The notes below the pieces were generated by a model. That model saw only the letters and a program-made list of their open reading frames with translations. It was not told where the DNA came from and did not search any database. Both the position numbers and the translations under genes were made by a program. Shown piece by piece: positions 1 through 11,146 of a stretch of DNA of 64,000 bases (positions within the stretch are counted from its first letter, which is position 1; each line of letters begins with the position of its first letter). The DNA is from Podarcis tiliguerta (taxonomy: Eukaryota): assembly GCA_965153285.1 (NCBI GenBank), contig OZ229117.1. One strand, given 5' to 3'.

Positions 1-803
1 AAGATTGGCCCCTAGACATCGGGTCCTATGCTTTACACACTCATTTTCTACAGGTTATTTGCATGACATCATGAACAAACATCATGTTCCCCATACTCAG
101 TTCCCCCTCTTTTTCTTTTCAGAGCCCAGAACATTCAACTTAAAAAAACACCAATTCAACAGCACACAATTACCCAAGTGAATATACCTCCTTCCTCCAC
201 TTCTATTCTCGCTGATTAAATTGTTCTGGCCATTTTTGGACTGTTGCCATTTCCTTTCCTATGCTCTGTCCCTCTTCTCTAGGAATCAACTTGATCAATT
301 TAACTCTCCCTGTCCAAAAAGCATTGCTTTTATATCAGCACCCCCACCCCCATTGCAGAGGGCATGGGCAGGTGGGGGAGTATCATGAATGAGAATGCAG
401 TTTGGAGAAGGGAGCATTTAACCCTCTTGCACAATGGTCCCAGTGAAAACTGCCCTTCCAACATTTGGGGTTGGAGAAAGGAGGACTTGCCAAGGAGTAA
501 CCCTAGCAAGCCAGGAAAAGGTGTAGAAAATGAGGCAGAGGTTAGGCTCCAGGTTCCCCTGCCACTGTTTCTGACCATTGGAACTCTGCTCTGCAACAGA
601 AGAGATGGAGGAAGAGCTGTGTTTACTCCTTAGCAGAATAATTGCTGGTTACAGAGCAGAGCTTTGGTCTACAGCAGCACTGGCCCCCTCAATAGGGAAG
701 TGCAGGCAGTTGGATCCCAGGTCTATTCCAGCAGCCATCTTAAGCCATGTATGGGGAACCAAGGAGCAGGAGAGAGAGAGTACTGTGGGACTGCTCTACT
801 TAC

Positions 804-959
804 TCTGTAGAAATTGAGGACCTGGATAGCGTTGCCTACAGTCAGCTTCAGTTGCAGCAGCTCCTGGTTCCGCTCATCAATCTTCTCCAGGAACTGAGCA
901 TTCTCGATTTTCAGCTGCTGGAAATCGACCTCGTGTAGTGCCTCCCCGAGTTCCTCCTT
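804..959 (-). CDS. CCDC113: CCDC113 coding exon 6 (gene continues beyond the left edge)
   Basis: ctgcag|AAG..AGA|gtaagt; KEELGEALHEVDFQQLKIENAQFLEKIDERNQELLQLKLTVGNAIQVLNFYR, including the LHxVDFQQLKIEN motif of the DUF4201 coiled coil; 156 nt. Confidence 0.95.
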
Positions 960-1023
960 CTGCAGACCAACCGAGAACAGTGTGGGTCACTGACCAGGGA
1001 GCCCAAGTACATAGCAGGTTTCT

Positions 1024-1402
1024 CTGTGTACAGTTCTAGTTGCCTCACCTCAAAAAGGATATTGTGGAGTTGGAAAAGGTTCAGAAAACAGCAACCAAGA
1101 TGATCAAGGGGATGGAGTGACTCCTCCATGAAAGGTTGCAGTGTTTGGGACCTTTTAGTTTAGGGAAAAGGCATTTAAGTGGTGAAAGGATATAAGTTTA
1201 TAAAGTTATGCATGGCATGGAGAAAGCAGGTAAAAGTTTTGTTCCCTCTCTCATAATACTAGAACATCCAATGAAGCTGAAGTTGGAAGATTCAGGACAT
1301 TTAAAAGAAAGCATTTCTTCACATAGTGCACAGTTAATCTGTGGAACTTGCTCCCAAAGGAGGCAGTGATAGTCAAATTTGGATGGTTTTAAAAGAGGAC
1401 AT
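1024..1402 (+). mobile_element. CR1 LINE 3' ORF2 fragment (degenerate)
   Basis: Characteristic CR1 RT C-terminal sequence (tgtgtacagttctag...gagttggaaaaggttcagaaaacagcaaccaagatgatcaagggg) with frameshifts. Confidence 0.75.
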
Positions 1403-1571
1403 GTTCCAAATGTTGGATGCTCTTTCTGAATTGATGATTCTGGTGTTCTGCTTATGGAGATACTCCTGATCAATGAGCAACAACATGGAATGCATGGGAC
1501 ACCAAGCAATGGTACACCGAGGCGAGACTGGCCTGTTGAGATGCACCTTCACAAACTTGCAGTTTACGCAC

Positions 1572-1652
1572 CTGCTTGAGCTGCATTTGCATCTTCTTCT
1601 TCTGGACTTTCAGGGAATCATTTTTCAAACGAATTTTCTCTTTCAGTACATC
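1572..1652 (-). CDS. CCDC113: CCDC113 coding exon 5
   Basis: tttttcag|GAT..CAG|gtgcgt; DVLKEKIRLKNDSLKVQKKKMQMQLKQ; 81 nt. Confidence 0.93.
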
Positions 1653-2030
1653 CTGAAAAAGAAAGTCACCTAATTTCTTTCTCAGGCTTGGTGCTAAAGT
1701 ATCCCTGCATTTACATATACTTTATGCGTGGCTGGGAGATGAGCACTAACCCTGCAGGGTGTAACCAATCATTCCTGGCGGCAAAGCTCTCCAGAGGAAA
1801 CTCCCAGGTAATAATAGGGATGCTGCTTTGCCTTGGATCTCACATGTATCCAAAAGGAATTGCCTCTCAGCTCTAACATGTGTGAAGACTTTTGAGTTGC
1901 ACAGAACTCTATTTTAGGCCAAAGAGTTAGGTGCATCCCAGAAGTATTTTGAGCAATTATACAATTGTGTATAATTGTGTATATACAACTCTCAACCCTG
2001 ATGCAGTTAAACTAGAAGAAATGGCAGCTG

Positions 2031-2032
<2 letters not shown>

Positions 2033-2066
<34 letters not shown>
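2033..2066. repeat. (TAT)n microsatellite
   Basis: Direct reading. Confidence 0.9.
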
Positions 2067-2199
2067 GCTATTGCCTTGTACAGACAATGGCCATTCTCTG
2101 AAAGATTGAATTGAGGAAAAGTTGATGAAGATAAGAACTGGGACTTCATAGATACAGTTGCCATCCTTTTCATTGGCTCCACCAGGCTGAAATGTAATA

Positions 2200-2450
2200 C
2201 AGTGGTACCTCTGGATGCGAACAGGATTCGTTCCGGAGCCCCGTTCGCATCCTGAAGCGAAAGCAACCCGCGTCCCCATGTCTGCGCGTGCCGCGATTCG
2301 CCACTTCTGTGCATGCGCGTGACATTTTGAGCGTCTGCGCATGCATGAGCGGTGAAACCCGGAAGTAACGCACTCCGTTACTTCTGGGTTGCCACAGAGT
2401 ACAACCCAAAAATGCTTAACCTGAAGCTACTTCAACCCGAGGTATGACTG
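2200..2450. mobile_element. Tc1/mariner (Tigger/pogo-like) MITE
   Basis: TA|CAGTGGTACCTC...GAGGTATGACTG|TA; imperfect TIRs, TA target duplication, CpG-rich. Confidence 0.8.
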
Positions 2451-2858
2451 TATAACATGTAGAAATGTGGTGAATCTGGCATGGAGATAGGAGGATGAGC
2501 TTTACCTGTTTTACTTCTGCATGTTAAGGATACAGGTACAAGGTTAGGTATGGTTCTTTAATAATAAATATCCATCCTATTTACTGATTCAGCTTTATAA
2601 TGTCAAGATATGTATTCTATGGAATAAGATTGCTCTGAAGTGGACACATTTCTCAGGAAGTCCTCATCTGAATGGCAAAGATTGCTTAAGGCGTCTGAAT
2701 GTATGCCACTGTTTGGTATCTAACAAAACAAGAACACGTGCAGGAGGATTAGAGACACTGACGGTCCCACTAACAGGCTGTTTTACCAAAGTTATCAACT
2801 GGCTAACAGAGCAAAATGAGAGCAGCTAGTGGGACTGCCCAATGTTCTCTTCACTTAC

Positions 2859-3014
2859 CCTGTAGCGTATCCTATCTTCCATGTATCTCAGAACTTTTTC
2901 AGAGGCGATGACGCTCCCTTTCTTCTTGGTGATGGTTTTGACTATATCTTTGTCAAAGTCCTGCACAGCTTTCTTAATGTCAACTAGGCGAATGTCTGCT
3001 TCCTCCAGGACAGC
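2859..3014 (-). CDS. CCDC113: CCDC113 coding exon 4
   Basis: tggcag|GCT..AGG|gtaagt; AVLEEADIRLVDIKKAVQDFDKDIVKTITKKKGSVIASEKVLRYMEDRIRYR; 156 nt. Confidence 0.93.
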
Positions 3015-4396
3015 CTGCCAAATTCAGATTGCACTGTCAGTAAAGGAAGGCTGCGTATCATTGATTTGTTCTCATGGAGAACCACGCTGACCAGCTGCTG
3101 CCCTGGGACAAAGCATTGTGTTCTGTAAACTCTTGAGTTAAAAAGGTGGAGACCAGCAGCAAGAAGTAGGTGGCAAACACGAATTGCTTGGCTGTGCTAC
3201 TCCAGCTGAACTCCTTGCCCAAGACCATAAATTGTTATGACTGTTAATGAGCAATGCCTAACTGATGGTAAGATGTCCAGCAATTCTTTATTTACTACAT
3301 TTATATGCTGCCTTTCTGCCAAGGCACCCAAGGTTCTTTTAGTATTTTACAATTGCAATCCAACACATGATATAAAATGTAAAGTTGCCTATGAGTGGTT
3401 GAGTCCAACGGCAGCAGGCGCTGATGTTTCCTGCCTCTCTTGCTTCCCCCCTTTCCTTCTCACAGGGCAGATGGTGCAGGCCCAAATAATGTTTTTGTTT
3501 CTCTCCCTTGCTCAGTTCCCACCTTGAAAGTCACACTCCATTGGAAAAGCTTTCCAAACCTGACCATGTTATTGCAACTGAGAATCTTGGAACTAACCCT
3601 AACTGGGCTCCCCAAACTCCATGCATAAGAGCCTGTGTGAGCAAATGGCACTGCCAAGCACTTCAGCTGCATTTCTCATGCCACAGCTCCTGCTGTGTTT
3701 ATAATACTGAAGTACTGAATGACGAAAAGAGGGATTTCATTGGCAGACAAATTAAGCAGCCACCCACTCTGGCCAGCTATGCACTCCAGGTTTAAGTATC
3801 CAGAAAAGAGACATTTAACCCAAGTTTTAGCTCTTCAGCATCTATTTTAACATACACAAAAGAGGAATATTCTGACATTCTGCAAGAGGCAGCCCGGCAT
3901 GTATCTTCCCAATCAACAGCAAAACTGACAGTCTTTTAAAAGGCAGTCCCTCCCCTTAACTATGGCTTTTATAAGCCCGCAGCTCCTTGGAGTGTCCATA
4001 AATTGGTGTTTTTAAGCCTTTCCCAAGTACAACTGCACAGAAACGTATAACAAGATCAGAGCTAAAGCCCAGAAAATTCAGGGGATCTTGAAGCCCAGTG
4101 TTTTAATGTTATCAAGTGTCATCATTTCCTGCCTTCCGCTTCTCAGGAAGACCAGTTGTCTACAGCCTTGACTAAATGAACTGCCTTTGGATTGTAAGTT
4201 TGATTGGTAGAAAAGTGCCTCTTTACCTGAATCTCCAGATACTGCTGAGTGGGCCAAAAATGGCATACCACTGCTCACTGTTACTAAATTTGACCTGGCA
4301 TGAACAGGTGGCTCAATGAGGAGAGAACACACACTTCAGTACAGCAGTACAACACAATGTGCCTCTTCCTATCTCAGAGCAGATGGACAACTATAC

Positions 4397-4558
4397 CAGG
4401 TAGTTCTGCAAGAGCCTTTCTGAGTTCTCCTTTAGCCTCTGAACGTCTTCCTTTGTCTCCTCCAGCTCCCGTTGTGCTATGTCACATTTCTGTTCCACCG
4501 TCAGACCCACCAGACGATCTGCTGTTAACCGGGATTTAGATTTGCGCCTGCCTCGTGC
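4397..4558 (-). CDS. CCDC113: CCDC113 coding exon 3
   Basis: tttccag|GCA..CTG|gtatag; ARGRRKSKSRLTADRLVGLTVEQKCDIAQRELEETKEDVQRLKENSERLLQNYL; 162 nt. Confidence 0.93.
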
Positions 4559-5366
4559 CTGGAAACCAAATGATTGCAAGATAGAAGCACACAGCTCTAC
4601 ATAAGAAGCCAAAAAAGGTGCAACTGAACTCTAGAATTGACCATCACTGTATTTGTTTCTTCTTTTCCCCCTTTATGAATATTAATAAGTGACATGCTTT
4701 GTTAGGTGTCTTAGATGAAATTTGTGGTGAATGGATTGGCAGCCTGATATTAACAATAACAATAATATATGGTTAGTATTATATTTATTTGTTGCTTGTT
4801 ACAAAATGTCTCAAAGCAACTTACAATTATAAAAGCATACATGATACAAAATTCAAAATAAATAAAAAAGATAAAAGAACATGGACTAAAATTACTCATC
4901 CTGTAATAATATAAAAAGGGCAAATGATACCCTAATCTACTAAAAGATGAACATCAATTAAGAGCAAAATGCCTGGATGAAAAGGAATGTGGTCTAAATA
5001 TAGGTAGTGATGGAACGTGGTACATCTCTCTGGTGAGAGCATTGCACACTTGCAAGCTACCTCTGAGAAGGTCCAATCTTGTGCTGGCACCCTCTGCCCC
5101 TCACTTGGAGGAGAGTTTCAGATGGCAAGTGCAGGGTCTGAGTAGGTCTAGGCAGGAGAAAGCAGTTCCTAAGGTACTGAGGTCCTGAGCCACCTAAGGC
5201 TTTATAGGACAAAAACAACACTTTAAATTTAGCGTCTGCTTCTCATCTGCACTCTGGCCAGTTAAGCTTCAACAAAGGACAAGGGAGCAGACTCTTTGCA
5301 CCATCAAAACCATTAATACTGCCATAACAGTTATACCAGTATCTGTAAAATAATCCCATAACTTAC

Positions 5367-5490
5367 AAGTTGTGCTTGTCCCACGTCCATCAAAGAGCCA
5401 AACTTTTCCAGCACCAAGTCCCTTGGCTCAAGCCGATTGAAAGTCTTCTCAAACATTGTTGTCTCGAGTTTGAGCATGGCATTGTCATGG
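5367..5490 (-). CDS. CCDC113: CCDC113 coding exon 2
   Basis: ttcag|C..CTT|gtaagt; (S)HDNAMLKLETTMFEKTFNRLEPRDLVLEKFGSLMDVGQAQL; 124 nt restores phase 0. Confidence 0.92.
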
Positions 5491-5735
5491 CTGAAGGTAG
5501 ATGATAGATTAGGTGAGCAAACCCAGTGGTTCATGTGAGCAATGCATGTCACAAACCAAAAGGGATGACAGCAGTATCCATTAAAGCAAAGTCTGAGGAA
5601 GACAAAATCCTCAAGCTCCTTAGAGAAGGGACACATAACTTTTGCACCACTCTGAGGGTTGCATTTGAGGTAAAGCAGCAATAAATTCTGGAACAATAAC
5701 TACCTGAGAAAAGTTTTAAAGTTTACTCTTTAAAA

Positions 5736-5987
5736 CAGGGGTCAGCAAACTTTTTTAGCAGGGGGCCAGTCCACTGTCCCTCAGACCTTGCCAAACTTTT
5801 TGGGGGGGGGTAGGGGGGGGAGAAGAATGAATTCCTATGCCTCACAAATACCCCTGAGATGCATTTTAAATAAAAGTACACATTCTACTCATATAAAAAC
5901 ACACTGATTCCTGGACCGTCTGTGGGCTGGGTTTAGGAGGCGATTGGGTCGAATCTGGCCCCCGGGCCTTAGTTTTGCCTACCCATG
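5736..5987. mobile_element. hAT (Charlie/OC1-like) MITE
   Basis: CAGGGGTCAGCAAACT...AGTTTTGCCTACCCATG flanked by a perfect 8-bp TSD CTTTAAAA (5728-5735, 5988-5995). Confidence 0.85.
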
Positions 5988-6623
5988 CTTTAAAATGTCC
6001 CACATAAACTCTCTCTCTCTCTATATATATATATTTACAAATATCAACAAAATTCCTCTTCTTGGAACTGCCATTTCATCCATTTCTTGAGAAAACTATT
6101 TCCATCTTCTGTGGGACAATCTTTATTGAAGATTACTTGGTTTAATCTTCTGTCTAAGCCACCGTTTCTCAGTTATGATCCTAGGGTCTAGTACTGGGTT
6201 TTAATATTTTTTCCATACCAGTCCCTCTCAGGCAATGGAAATGCCCTTCACTTCTCCTTCTGGCCTACCTAAGGTGTTACATTCAACACAATTTCATTAG
6301 TTAAGTTTAAAATATATCCTGGGTTATAATATTCTTGCTTGAAATTCTCAACCTCTTAGTACATTTGAGGAAAGTGTGTGTGTACCATTTAAGTAGCAGT
6401 CATTCAGGGTGACTGCCACAGGTCTGCACACAGCATCATTGTTTCCTGTAACTTTTCCATTTACAACACACATCCTGAACTTTGTTTTCTGAATTTAGTA
6501 TAGTTTGGTGACATGTTTCCTTACAGGTCGGGGAACAACATTGTAGGGTTAGAGAGGGTAAAGCACACCTATTCATAGCATTGGGGGGGAGGGGGTTAAT
6601 AAAACTGAAAAGCCCCATATCTT

Positions 6624-6827
6624 GGGTTACATCCACACCATACCTTTAAAGCACATTTAAAGTGCATTTCTTCACTCAAAGAATTCTGGGAACTTTGGCT
6701 TGTTAAGTGTGCTGGTAATGACAGCTCTGTGATGTGCAAACTACAAAATTCCCAGGAGACTTAGTGGCAAGCCATGACTGTCCAGGTGGTATATGTGTGC
6801 TATAAATGTATGGTACGGATGTAACCT
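6624..6827. mobile_element. MITE with ~30-bp imperfect TIRs (possibly PIF/Harbinger)
   Basis: GGTTACATCCACACCATACCTTTAAAGCACA ... TGTGCTATAAATGTATGGTACGGATGTAACC. Confidence 0.65.
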
Positions 6828-7106
6828 TGGCTATTATTTGGATTTAGTTAGTGAAACCCATCCTTAGTAAGGCTGATGGCCAGAATGCGATTTACAGCCA
6901 AGCCTGCCCCCTAGCTATGCTCCTCCGCTTTCTGCCATAGAAGTGAACGGGAGACCCGCGCCGCCCCAGGGTAGGTTGTTCCCTTTGCCCACAGGGATGG
7001 CTGCCAACCAGTCGGGGGGAAGGAAAGGGGGTGTCTTTGATGGGCCCCAAGTGGGTTTGCGTTGGAGGAAGAGCCGGAGCCGCCGCGCCGGTTCTTCTCG
7101 CCGCAC

Positions 7107-7234
7107 CTGGCTTCCTCCACCAATCCGTGCAGCTGGGAAATGGAGAACTGGGCCAGGTCCTGGTGCAGCTCCTCGCTCAGCTCCCGCGACTCGCCCGTGT
7201 GGACGCTGTCGCGCTCCGACTCCTCGTCCGCCAT
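7107..7234 (-). CDS. CCDC113: CCDC113 (CFAP263) coding exon 1
   Basis: ATG at 7234, MADEESERDSVHTGESRELSEELHQDLAQFSISQLHGLVEEA, donor AG|GTGCGG, 128 nt (phase 2), in a CpG island. Resembles the CCDC113 N-terminus. An in-frame ATG at 7258 could add 8 aa. Confidence 0.88.
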
Positions 7235-7250
7235 GGCCGTGGGCTGCGAG

Positions 7251-7264
7251 ATCGCCATAGCAAC
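7251..7264 (-). promoter_or_regulatory. RFX X-box-like motif at the CCDC113 start
   Basis: GTTGCTATGGCGAT on the minus strand, close to the GTNRCC-N(0-3)-RGYAAC consensus; RFX factors regulate ciliary genes. Confidence 0.65.
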
Positions 7265-7893
7265 GCGGCACAGGCCCTGCAGGCCGCCCGACCGCGCCTC
7301 CTCCTCTTCCAAGCCCGGCCTTCCAGGAGGGGCCTCGTCATCGCGGGCGGCCAGCCGCTGCGCCTCGCGACCGAGACGAGGAGGCTGCTGGGTGGCGGCT
7401 GCTCCGCTCCAAGCGGGGAATAACCCTCGGCAAGCGGGGCTTCACCTAATCCCCGGACTATGGCACGGCCGGCGGGAGAGTTTGATGCTGACTTGCGGGC
7501 AGCTTGTTCCCTCGCTCCGGCGGCGGCTTCATGCCTAACCCGGGGGCGAGAGCACAGTGGCTGCTTCCTGCGCGCTCGGCCAGAAGCAGCAGCTCCTGGC
7601 AGGCAGCTGAGGCCGGACTCGATTTCCGGGCATGCGAAGCCGGCCTTTGCGGTGCTGAAGGTGTTGTCCAGCTATGCTTATTCTGTTTATGCCTCGCTTC
7701 CCAAACCGAAAAGCCCTGCAGTAAGCATAGATCCGGAGTGTCGTCGCTCTCGCACCGGCAGCCTAGCAATAAAAGTCTCTGACCTACATTGCAAGACGGT
7801 CGGGAAAAGATTCCGACTCCCCCGCCCCGCCTGCTCTGGGAATCATGCCAGTGGGCAACATTGGAAGGATAGTGACAAGCACACGTGTTTATT

Positions 7894-7895
<2 letters not shown>

Positions 7896-7928
<33 letters not shown>
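7896..7928. repeat. (CA)n microsatellite
   Basis: Direct reading. Confidence 0.9.
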
Positions 7929-7929
<1 letters not shown>

Positions 7930-8254
7930 TAGCATGTTCTTCTTTATACTGCCTTTCATCAAAATATGTTCCAAGGCAATTTACAACGTCGGAACAGGGG
8001 GGAAAGCTAAAAAAGAAATACAGTACACACAGTTCGCCTTCCCAACCTACTGCTCCTCCAGATGTTTTGGACCGCAATTTCCATCACGGCCGGAGAGTTG
8101 TAGTTCAAAACATCTGGAAGGGCATCTGGTCGAGCGGGCCATAAGACCTCCTTCAGCATCAATATCATCATTATGAATATAATAATTCAATTTATATCTC
8201 ACCGTTCCTCCCCAAGCAGCACAGGGCAGCAATGATAACCAGGACTTTGACTGA

Positions 8255-8405
8255 TTAAACATTTTTTGGCCTTTTAAATGCGTTGTTGGGGCGTTGTTAT
8301 TGGTTTGCTTTTATTTTATTATGTATTTTGTGTTCTCATTTTGTATTTTTATGTTGTGAACCGCCCTGTGATCTTCGGATGAAGGGCGGTATACAAATTT
8401 CAAAA
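8255..8405 (+). mobile_element. LINE (L2-type) 3' end with terminal stem-loop
   Basis: AT-rich tract then ACCGCCCT-gtgATCTTCGGATga-AGGGCGGT. Related copies lie at ~11860-11950, ~35870-36050 and ~40000-40080. Confidence 0.6.
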
Positions 8406-8739
8406 TAAGAAAATAGATATTAAAATTTAAAAACAAAAACATTCTAAAAGCAATTACGGTTAAAAGCATACTACTATCCAATGCGTTTGCCAGGAGGAAT
8501 GGGTGAACAGCGCCGTTTTCAAAGTTCTCTTTAACTTTCAGAAGATCACCTCGCTAATCCCCATCAGCTCTCCCAAAAAGGGTTAATAACAACTTAAAGC
8601 ATTTTGTATTATGGTACATGGCTATTTCAAAATGGGGGGGATGAAAGAAAAATCTCTACAGTATTAAAAGGGGAAAGCCTTCATGTTATCAAAAGAGCAC
8701 TCGAGCTCCTTTCCTGCCACATTTTCTTTAAAAACAAAA

Positions 8740-9900
<1,161 letters not shown>

Positions 9901-11146
9901 TGCTTTGCGTGCCGTCCCTCGTGCCGAAGAAAGATGGGGCTGGGAAGGATGGGATCAGAAAGTGGCTGGGATCTGGAACGGTGTTGGTTAAGAGGGATTA
10001 AAGAATGATAAAATATGAAATCAGGAATGGAGATCCTGCAGTGTAGAGTTTTTGGACTCCAAATCTCAGCAGCCTGCATGGCCAGTAGTTAGTAATGACA
10101 GACAGGAATTGGCCACAGGTTTCCCACCCCTGGGTTCAAGTAGCCTTCTCCAAATTAGTGTCCTCCAGACATTTTGGATTACAGCTCCCACCAGCCCTAG
10201 TTAGTAGTATGACAAGTAGTGATGATAGAAGTTGCTGCTCGGGTCTAGGTTGTTGTTGTTGATATTCACTCTTAATACTGCAAACCTGGATTGTGCAATG
10301 AAAGTGGGCTAGTGCTCTTGGGCTTTTCTCTCCCCCCCCAGAAGCCCCACATTTTGTGGTAGGGTAGGGGAAGTGATGGGAAATGCCCTGGAACGTGTAA
10401 TAACAGTTGCTTACTGTGGCATCATATAAGCATCCCACAAACAGATCATGATGAGTGCTCAATAAATAACAGACATCATATAACCATCGCAGAAACTTTT
10501 TGCAAGAAAATCAGGATGCGAAAGCTCAGTAAGCAGGTTGCCTTGAAGTGACAGTACTTCAAAATGTCTAGAAAACTACATAGTTGGGAAAGGCTAGTCT
10601 AGGCCCTCACAGGTTTGAGATGCACACACAAGTTCCAGTTACCCTGAACACCCTTCTGTACTAAGAGTAAGGTGATTGTTTCCCATCTTCATTGCATTTT
10701 TATGGGTGAAAATGAGATTCTAACAAGTGTAATCATGATTCAGAAGTAGGGCTTAGGAGTTGCTAGTTATTCCTGATTAACAGGCACAAAGCTGTGCTCT
10801 TACGTAGTGGTGTTAGGCGTGTGTGCATGTGCTGTGCTTTCTGTCCTTTCAAAAATGAATAAGCAGAAGTAGGGTTGGGCATTTGGTTAATCGGTTACTT
10901 TGTAAAGTTTTATGAGCATAATATAATTAACAACTTTGATACTTAATACTAATCACAAAAACCAATTTGGATAACATTTATTGTGAAACAATGAATTATT
11001 TTATTACATATTAATTAATTTATTACATATTAATTCTTCATAATAATTAAATGAATTATTTTATTACATATTAATTTCCCTCTTCACCCTAATGAGATCA
11101 GGAACAGCTTACATGCTTTCCCCCTGCCCCCAATCCTCTCAACAAT

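Larger units (their letters stand above)
6940..7850. promoter_or_regulatory. CpG island / promoter of CCDC113
   Basis: GC- and CpG-rich segment spanning exon 1 and upstream sequence. Confidence 0.8.

Noticed and set aside
181-300. Possible CCDC113 exon 7 (a VEE-like stretch next to a GT on the minus strand)
   Set aside because: The VEE frame has an in-frame stop just upstream, there is no convincing acceptor, and there is no similarity to the expected next segment. Exon 7 probably lies outside the window.
6911-8176. Cluster of overlapping 100-238 aa ORFs around the CCDC113 promoter
   Set aside because: CpG-island artefacts that run through a (CA)n microsatellite and a MITE. Only 7107-7234 matches a real protein.
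10990-11076. AT-rich local duplication (aatgaattattttattacatattaatt)
   Set aside because: Slippage-type duplication in AT-rich intron sequence with no sign of function.
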